The notes beneath the pieces were generated by a model that was not told the origin of the DNA, searched no databases, and worked only from the letters and a program-made list of their open reading frames with translations. Shown here piece after piece: positions 58,401-64,000 of a DNA stretch of 64,000 nt; within the stretch, counting starts at the first letter, position 1, and each line of letters opens with the position of its first letter. This stretch comes from an uncultured Spirochaetota bacterium (GTDB lineage Bacteria > Spirochaetota > Spirochaetia > SZUA-6 > Fen-1364): positions 448,001 through 512,000 of the forward strand of contig CAWAHW010000002.1 of assembly GCA_963781885.1 (NCBI GenBank), in the 5' to 3' direction. The position numbers and the translations under genes were made by a program.

Positions 58401-58733
58401 CCGGTGCGCAGGGCCTCTTCACCGACATGCTCCCCGAGTGACTTCTCCGCCCGGGAGAAGACCGCGGGGTCGATGCGGCGGGCGTACAGCCCGATCACGT
58501 GGTGGAGGATCTCGTCGATCAGGCCCATGGCGTTCAGGTCGCCGGCGCGAAGAACGGCCTCCGCGGGAGACCCTTCCACGCGACGCGCGTCATTCGATCT
58601 TCTGCGTGAGCATTCTCGCGGCATGAAGGTCCAGGACGACGGCGTCCGTCGCGCCCGGCTCCGCGGCAACGCCGTAGCGTCGGCGCGCGGCCAGTCGGAC
58701 GGGAAAGGAATACACGCCCGCTGCGTCGCTCAT
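55430..58733 (-). CDS. Large GH13 alpha-amylase family protein (frameshift near 58595; start inferred at 58733)
   Basis: DMVPNH, RFDAAM, LAEAFW, NPD catalytic regions; ATG 58733 overlaps the malQ stop. Confidence 0.88.
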
Positions 58734-60727
58734 GGTCGTTCCTTTCCCGCGGCGGTGCCGCGCCGCTTTTCAATGAGCGCACGGAGGTCGGATGAAAGTC
58801 CTTGCCGGCCGCACAAGGCTTCCGTGGAAAGCGGCATCCGCCACGTCCAGTTTTCATCATTCAACGTGCCGGGGACATTGATGCGGTCGGCGCGGGGGTC
58901 GTCCGACCAGAGGTCTTCGTCGAGGTCCAGGATGTCCTGGACTTGGAACATGACGAGGGCGCTTGCCGCGTCGAGGCAGTGCGAGAAAATCCGCCGCAGG
59001 AGCGCGGGGGTCATGCGGGCCGGGCATTCTTCGCCGGTGGCGAGCGATGCATGGTAGAGCGCGCGCTCCGCGGCGTCTTCCTCCCACCACCCACGGATGG
59101 TGGAGGTATCGTGGACCGACGGCGTGCAGACGCTGAGACGCGGGTAACGCGACGGGGGAATGAACGGCGCGGGAGATCCCGCCGGTGCCGTATCGTAGGC
59201 GCGGGACCAGCGTACGATGCGCAGGCCCAGGATGCCCCGCCGTGAGAGCACACGCGGCACGCAGCGCGGGACGTCGCCGAGGTCCTCCGCGCAGACCAGC
59301 ATGTCCGTGGCCGTCTGGAGGGTGCGCAGGAGGTCCTCCCCGCGTCGCTCCCAATCCAGCTCCGATTCCTCCCTTTTTCGGCCCACGAGCATTCGAAGGG
59401 CTTCCTGCTCGGCAGGGGAAAGGCTCTGGAAGCCCTTCTTTTGCTCCATGTACCACGCGGGATAGTGCAGGCCGGCGTCCGAAAGGAGCGTGCGGTTGGC
59501 ATGCCAGCTTCGCAGGAAGCTCTTTACTTCGGGGGCCTCATCGAGCGCCGCGATTGCCCGTTCGCCATCGATCTCCTCCCGGAGATTGTAGAGGTCTTCC
59601 GTGCCGACCCGTTTCAGGTGGAGCCCTGCGACGCGCGCCGCCTCGATCCCGAGCGCGGCGGCAAGCTCACCGCCGCTCACGTGGGGAAGCGAGAGCCAGC
59701 GCATCCTTGCCTTGTCGAAACCGATTGCGGCAAGATCGGCGTCCGTCATCCCTGCCGACGGGGAGAACCGGCCGAGCAGGCCGGTGAGCTCTCCGCGGGG
59801 GATGCGCCAGATGCGGAAGAAGCCCAGCACGTGGTCGATGCGGAAGGCGTGGAAAAACTTGCCTGCCTGCCGCAGACGCGCTTTCCACCAGGCATAGTCG
59901 TCCCGGGCAATGGCCTCCCAGTCGTACACGGGAAAGCCCCAGTTCTGGCCGTCGGGGGAGAACATGTCCGGCGGGGCGCCCGCGCGTGCGCCCAGGTCGA
60001 AATAACTCCGATGCGCCCAGACATCGGCGCTTTCGGGGCTCATGAGGATCGGGACGTCGCCTTTCAGGAAGACACCCATGGCCTCCATGGCGCGGGAGGC
60101 TTCCGCAAGCTGCTTTTCCAGGAGAAACTGGACCCATGCGGAAGGCATGCACAATGAAGGATTCGATTCCCACCACTCCTGGATTTCTTCATGGCGCGGC
60201 GCCGTCATCGCCGGCCAGGTGGACCACGCGGCGGCGTTGTTCTGCCTCCTGAGCGCCGTGAAAACCGCGTACGGCACGACCCAGGCATTCTCCGCGCGCC
60301 AGCGGGCGAACGCCGGGTCGGACCCGATGGCGGCGGCATTGTCCTGGTAGATGCGGTCCATGATGGAAAGCTTGAAATCGCGCACGGCGCGATAGGCAAA
60401 ACGTCCCCGTGCCGCCGATTCCCGCGTGGAGGTTTCCGCCATGAACTGCGCAATGGCGGCCGCATGTGCGGCCGCGCCGGGCACCGATTGCAGGTGCAGG
60501 TAGAGCGGGTGGAGCGCAAACGCGGAAAGCGCGCTGTAGGGGGAGCTGTCTGCGCCCGTGTCGTTCACGGGAAGGAGCTGGACAACGTCCAGCCCGACGC
60601 TCCGGCACCACGACGCGAGGATCGGCAGGTCAGCGAACTCCCCGACGCCGCAGCCTGCGGCGGTGCGCAGGGCCGCCACGGGAATCGAGATGCCCGTGAA
60701 GGACCGGTCCAACGGGGGAAATCGCAT
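58730..60727 (-). CDS. malQ: 4-alpha-glucanotransferase (GH77)
   Basis: SSPYS, GAPPD.FS..GQNWGFP, RIDH.LGFFR.W, AEDLG, HDT, RINVPG. Confidence 0.95.
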   Translation of the reverse strand: MRFPPLDRSFTGISIPVAALRTAAGCGVGEFADLPILASWCRSVGLDVVQLLPVNDTGADSSPYSALSAFALHPLYLHLQSVPGAAAHAAAIAQFMAETSTRESAARGRFAYRAVRDFKLSIMDRIYQDNAAAIGSDPAFARWRAENAWVVPYAVFTALRRQNNAAAWSTWPAMTAPRHEEIQEWWESNPSLCMPSAWVQFLLEKQLAEASRAMEAMGVFLKGDVPILMSPESADVWAHRSYFDLGARAGAPPDMFSPDGQNWGFPVYDWEAIARDDYAWWKARLRQAGKFFHAFRIDHVLGFFRIWRIPRGELTGLLGRFSPSAGMTDADLAAIGFDKARMRWLSLPHVSGGELAAALGIEAARVAGLHLKRVGTEDLYNLREEIDGERAIAALDEAPEVKSFLRSWHANRTLLSDAGLHYPAWYMEQKKGFQSLSPAEQEALRMLVGRKREESELDWERRGEDLLRTLQTATDMLVCAEDLGDVPRCVPRVLSRRGILGLRIVRWSRAYDTAPAGSPAPFIPPSRYPRLSVCTPSVHDTSTIRGWWEEDAAERALYHASLATGEECPARMTPALLRRIFSHCLDAASALVMFQVQDILDLDEDLWSDDPRADRINVPGTLNDENWTWRMPLSTEALCGRQGLSSDLRALIEKRRGTAAGKERP

Positions 60728-60810
60728 ATCGCCTCTCTGCAAGGGTAGAGGATGGACCCCACCCTGTCAATTTGCAGATCGAACGGGCGCGAGGCGGGGC
60801 GAGAGACCCT

Positions 60811-60987
60811 TCAGGAATCCACCGGCATCGGATTGCAGAGATTGGCCTCGCAGTCGGCCACCCGCCCGCAGTTGAAGCAGATGAACCGGGGAGCGCGCGC
60901 GAGCTGCATGACGGCCTGGAGCTGTCCCTGGCTCGCCAGGACGCAGAGGTGTCCCTGGTGGTCTCCCTTGCATACGTGCTGTTTCAT
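60811..60987 (-). CDS. Unannotated 58-aa Cys/His-rich small protein (putative metal-binding)
   Basis: MKQHVCKGDHQGHLCVLASQGQLQAVMQLARAPRFICFNCGRVADCEANLCNPMPVDS; GC-rich third codon positions. Confidence 0.75.
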   Translation of the reverse strand: MKQHVCKGDHQGHLCVLASQGQLQAVMQLARAPRFICFNCGRVADCEANLCNPMPVDS

Positions 60988-61079
60988 GTGCTTCCATTAG
61001 ATGCGTCACTCCCGCAAAAAGTCAAGCAAAGATCGTGGTGGGCAGGCTTGGACGACAGAATATGCAAAGGAGGCCGTCG

Positions 61080-61616
61080 TTGAACCGCAGCAACATCCCT
61101 GTCGAGTCATTCGTCGTTCCCGTCACAGAAACGTGGGAGCAGCAAGGGCTCCTCCTTGCGGCCGGTGACTTTGCGGGCAAGGACTACAACTGCATGACCG
61201 TCGGCTGGGGCAGCTTCGGCGTGATGTGGGGAATGCCCATGGCGATGGTCGTCGTGCGTCCGACCCGTCACACGTGGCAGTTCATGGAGCGCGCGGACAG
61301 CTTCTCCCTTTCCGCCTTCACGGAAGAGCACCGCGCGAAGCTTTCCTACTGCGGCAGCCATTCGGGACGCGACGGGGACAAGGCGGCCGCAGCCGGTCTC
61401 ACGGCGATACCCTGCGCTTCCATACGGTCGCCCGGGTTCGACGAGGCCGAGCTGATCGTCGAATGTAAAAAGATCTACTGGAGCGATTTCGATCCCGCGC
61501 GCTTTCTCGACCCGGCCATCGAAACCCATTATCCGAAGAAGGACTACCACCGCATGTATTTCGGCCAGATCGTCGCGCTCACGGGCACGCCGCGGTGGCG
61601 CGGATCCATCGCGTGA
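61080..61616 (+). CDS. Flavin reductase-like family protein
   Basis: N.MTVGWG..G..W, VRP.RHT, CGS.SGRD.DK, YH..Y.G.I; AAAGGAGG RBS. Confidence 0.88.
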   Translation: MNRSNIPVESFVVPVTETWEQQGLLLAAGDFAGKDYNCMTVGWGSFGVMWGMPMAMVVVRPTRHTWQFMERADSFSLSAFTEEHRAKLSYCGSHSGRDGDKAAAAGLTAIPCASIRSPGFDEAELIVECKKIYWSDFDPARFLDPAIETHYPKKDYHRMYFGQIVALTGTPRWRGSIA

Positions 61617-62746
61617 CGCCCGCGCTTCCCCTCCACAACCCCCGGCCCGATGCGCGCCATTTTCTCGACGTCGTGATGGGCCGCGCGGTCGACGTTCCCC
61701 CTCTCGTCGAATACCTGGTGGACGACGTCGTGATGAAGCCGATCGTGGAAAACCTGCTCGGCCGGCCGTGGCAGCCCGCGGGCTCCACGGGCACCAATCA
61801 CGAGATGCGTCGTTCCGCGCCCGCGCGCGAGGCGCAGAAGGCGTACCTCGACACCTTCGTCGAGTTCTGGCTGCGGATGGGGTACGACTTCGTCCGCTTC
61901 GAGCAGGACCTTGGGTTCCCCGAGTCCCGGCTGGAGCTCGCCGACACGGCGCCCGGGTCCTCGAAGCAGCGGGCATGGGCGGATCCGCACGGCGGCTCCA
62001 TCAGGACCTGGGACGACTTTGAGCGCTATGCGTGGCCGAAGGTCGAGGATTTCGATTTCTTCCCATTCGACTACCTGGGCTCCCACCTGCCGGACGGGAT
62101 GGGCATGATCACCTGTCACGGCGGCGGCGTCTACGAGCACCTGTCGTGGATCATGTCCTACGAAGGGTTGTGCCTCGCGCTTTTCGATGCGCCCGATCTC
62201 GTGAGGGCGGTGGCGGACAGGATCGGCGGGCTGCTCGTGCAGTTCTATCGCCACCTCCTCGACCTTCCCGGCGTCGTGGCCATCTTCCAGGGCGACGACA
62301 TGGGCTTCAAGACCGGCACGCTGCTCGCGCCCAAGATGCTGCGCACCTACTGCCTTCCATGGCAGAAGAGGCTCGCCGGCATGACGCACGACGCGGGGCG
62401 CCCCTATTTTCTCCACTCGTGCGGCAATCTCCTCCAGATCATGGACGACCTGATCGACGACGTGAAGATCGACGGCAAGCATTCCTTCGAGAACACCATC
62501 ATGCCGGTCCAGGATTTCCAGAAGAGATTCGCCGGACGCGTCGCGGCGCTCGGCGGTCTGGACATCAACATCCTCACGCGCGGCACGCCCGCGGATGTGA
62601 GGGCCGAGACGGGACGGCTCATGGATGCCTGCGGTCCCCGGGGCAGGTACGCCGTGGGATCGGGCAACTCCATTCCCAGCTACATTCCCGTTGCCAATTA
62701 CCTTGCGATGGTGGAAGAGGCGGTGACGCGGCGCGGGCTCTCGTGA
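61613..62746 (+). CDS. Uroporphyrinogen decarboxylase / MtaA-CmuA methyltransferase family protein
   Basis: GDD.G.K, LHSCGN, GG.D, GSGNSIP. Confidence 0.85.
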   Translation: MTPALPLHNPRPDARHFLDVVMGRAVDVPPLVEYLVDDVVMKPIVENLLGRPWQPAGSTGTNHEMRRSAPAREAQKAYLDTFVEFWLRMGYDFVRFEQDLGFPESRLELADTAPGSSKQRAWADPHGGSIRTWDDFERYAWPKVEDFDFFPFDYLGSHLPDGMGMITCHGGGVYEHLSWIMSYEGLCLALFDAPDLVRAVADRIGGLLVQFYRHLLDLPGVVAIFQGDDMGFKTGTLLAPKMLRTYCLPWQKRLAGMTHDAGRPYFLHSCGNLLQIMDDLIDDVKIDGKHSFENTIMPVQDFQKRFAGRVAALGGLDINILTRGTPADVRAETGRLMDACGPRGRYAVGSGNSIPSYIPVANYLAMVEEAVTRRGLS

Positions 62747-62818
62747 GGTCACGGGTCGACGCGCGGGCCGCTCTGCCGCCCGCCGGTGGACCGCATGCGC
62801 GGCGCGGAGCGCGCCTGT

Positions 62819-63640
62819 CTAGTTCGCGCTGTCCAGGTAGTGCCGAAGGAAGTCGCGGTCCTTGACCAGCTCGGGGTAGGCGTAGAAGAACCGGATCTTT
62901 TTCGCCCGCTCGGTTGCGGCCGCTGGTTTTACCTGCAGCACGAATGAGGCGAATGACTCGGCAAAATCCTCCGAGGGATCGGTGGCGGCGTATTCCGTGA
63001 CAAAGGCCTGCGTGTGCGCGTCGTACAGCGCGGTTGCCTGCTCCTGGTCCCCGTTCTTGTCCGTCCAGCCGGGATACCTGTCCTTCCAGAAGTCTTCATA
63101 GAAGGCGTTGAGATAGGCGGCTTTCCTGAACGTGCCGTCCGAATCGCTGTAGGTGCCCCGGCTGTCATCATCCGTGAACTGGTCGCTCTTCAGCGACAGG
63201 ACATGCCCCAGCTCGTGGGCGATCACCTCGTCGAAGACCGTCTCACCGTCCGGGTCCTGCTCCACGACCGCGCTTTCCGCCTCGGTCCAGTCGAAGCTGA
63301 GCGTCCAGCGCGAGCCGTCGTCATTCGGTGTGGCGGTCCCGTCCGCCGCATCCTCCGCATTCGACGAGGTCGAAAAAAGCTCCAGGCGCGAGACGAGCGT
63401 CTTGCAGTCCGGGGGGATCGCCGCCCAGATGTACGATTCCGCCAGGTCGTACAGCTTCTTCCGGCTCGCCGCGACGCTCACGCCCGGATCCGGGCGGGCA
63501 GCTCCCTTCACGATCGTGTACGCGGCCACCACCTGCTGTCCCGCGTCCGCGCCGTCATCGGCCCAGGCGGCACGCGCACCCAGCGTCAGGGCGGCGACAA
63601 TGATCATGATCGCGATGAACCGGGCGCGTGTCCCCCTCAT
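62819..63640 (-). CDS. Secreted zinc-dependent metalloprotease-like protein
   Basis: Signal peptide; IAHELGH; FVTEYAATDP.EDFAESF. Confidence 0.78.
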   Translation of the reverse strand: MRGTRARFIAIMIIVAALTLGARAAWADDGADAGQQVVAAYTIVKGAARPDPGVSVAASRKKLYDLAESYIWAAIPPDCKTLVSRLELFSTSSNAEDAADGTATPNDDGSRWTLSFDWTEAESAVVEQDPDGETVFDEVIAHELGHVLSLKSDQFTDDDSRGTYSDSDGTFRKAAYLNAFYEDFWKDRYPGWTDKNGDQEQATALYDAHTQAFVTEYAATDPSEDFAESFASFVLQVKPAAATERAKKIRFFYAYPELVKDRDFLRHYLDSAN

Positions 63641-64000
63641 GTGCCCCTCCGGGCGGGCCACGGGATGAGGCCCGACCTTTCCAGGATGTGCGCGGCATAG
63701 CCCGGGTGCCGCGCAAGCATGCGCTTGTCCATCAGGGGCACGCTGATGCCCGCGAAGAGCGCCGTCACCGCGGCAGGCCCCGCGACGGTCCACCATGACG
63801 AGGGATGCGCGGCGATGCCGAAAAGCCAGATGCCCCACCAGAAGAGCACCTCGCCGAAATAATTGGGGTGACGGGACAGGGCCCAGAGCCCCGAGGAAAG
63901 GATGTCCTTCGGTGACCGCGGCGAGGTGAGGAAACGTCTGAGCTGCTGGTCCGCCGCCGATTCGATGAGGATGGCCGCGGCGGTGACCGTCACGGCGGCA
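63637..64000 (-). CDS. DUF1295 family membrane protein (3' part only)
   Basis: E..AD.Q, GLW..SRHPNYFGE..WW. Confidence 0.85.
   Translation of the reverse strand, partial: AAVTVTAAAILIESAADQQLRRFLTSPRSPKDILSSGLWALSRHPNYFGEVLFWWGIWLFGIAAHPSSWWTVAGPAAVTALFAGISVPLMDKRMLARHPGYAAHILERSGLIPWPARRGT

Overview
GC-rich bacterial chromosomal window with no phage, integrase, transposase or CRISPR signal. Several hypothetical families suggest a free-living Spirochaetia genome (inference only). From left to right it contains: a Ni/Co/Zn transporter operon (DUF1007 + RcnA/HoxN-type + HExxH protein), two SCO proteins, amtB, and a molybdate uptake/Moco cluster with yqeC/yqeB; an aromatic-carotenoid cluster (crtB, crtYcd, crtI, crtU-like, HMG-CoA synthase) with an XRE-HTH/cobalamin-binding CarH-like regulator; a TetR/ApbA/Adc/SDR module; sugar loci (GH127/146; LacI-GH4-AfuABC-like-TIM barrel); an FMN-lipoprotein operon; tRNA-Leu(GAG); a putative arginine synthetase next to ornithine carbamoyltransferase; an M24-nrnA-sigma-rdgB-DAGK gene run containing an 8-copy 27-bp hairpin array; and GH13/GH77 glucan genes. 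Several genes carry single-base frameshifts that look like consensus artefacts rather than true decay. Best candidates for novelty are the XRE-B12 regulated crtU cluster, the AGTA-loop hairpin repeat family, the ArcE-OTC pair and a possible YqeC-YqeB fusion.
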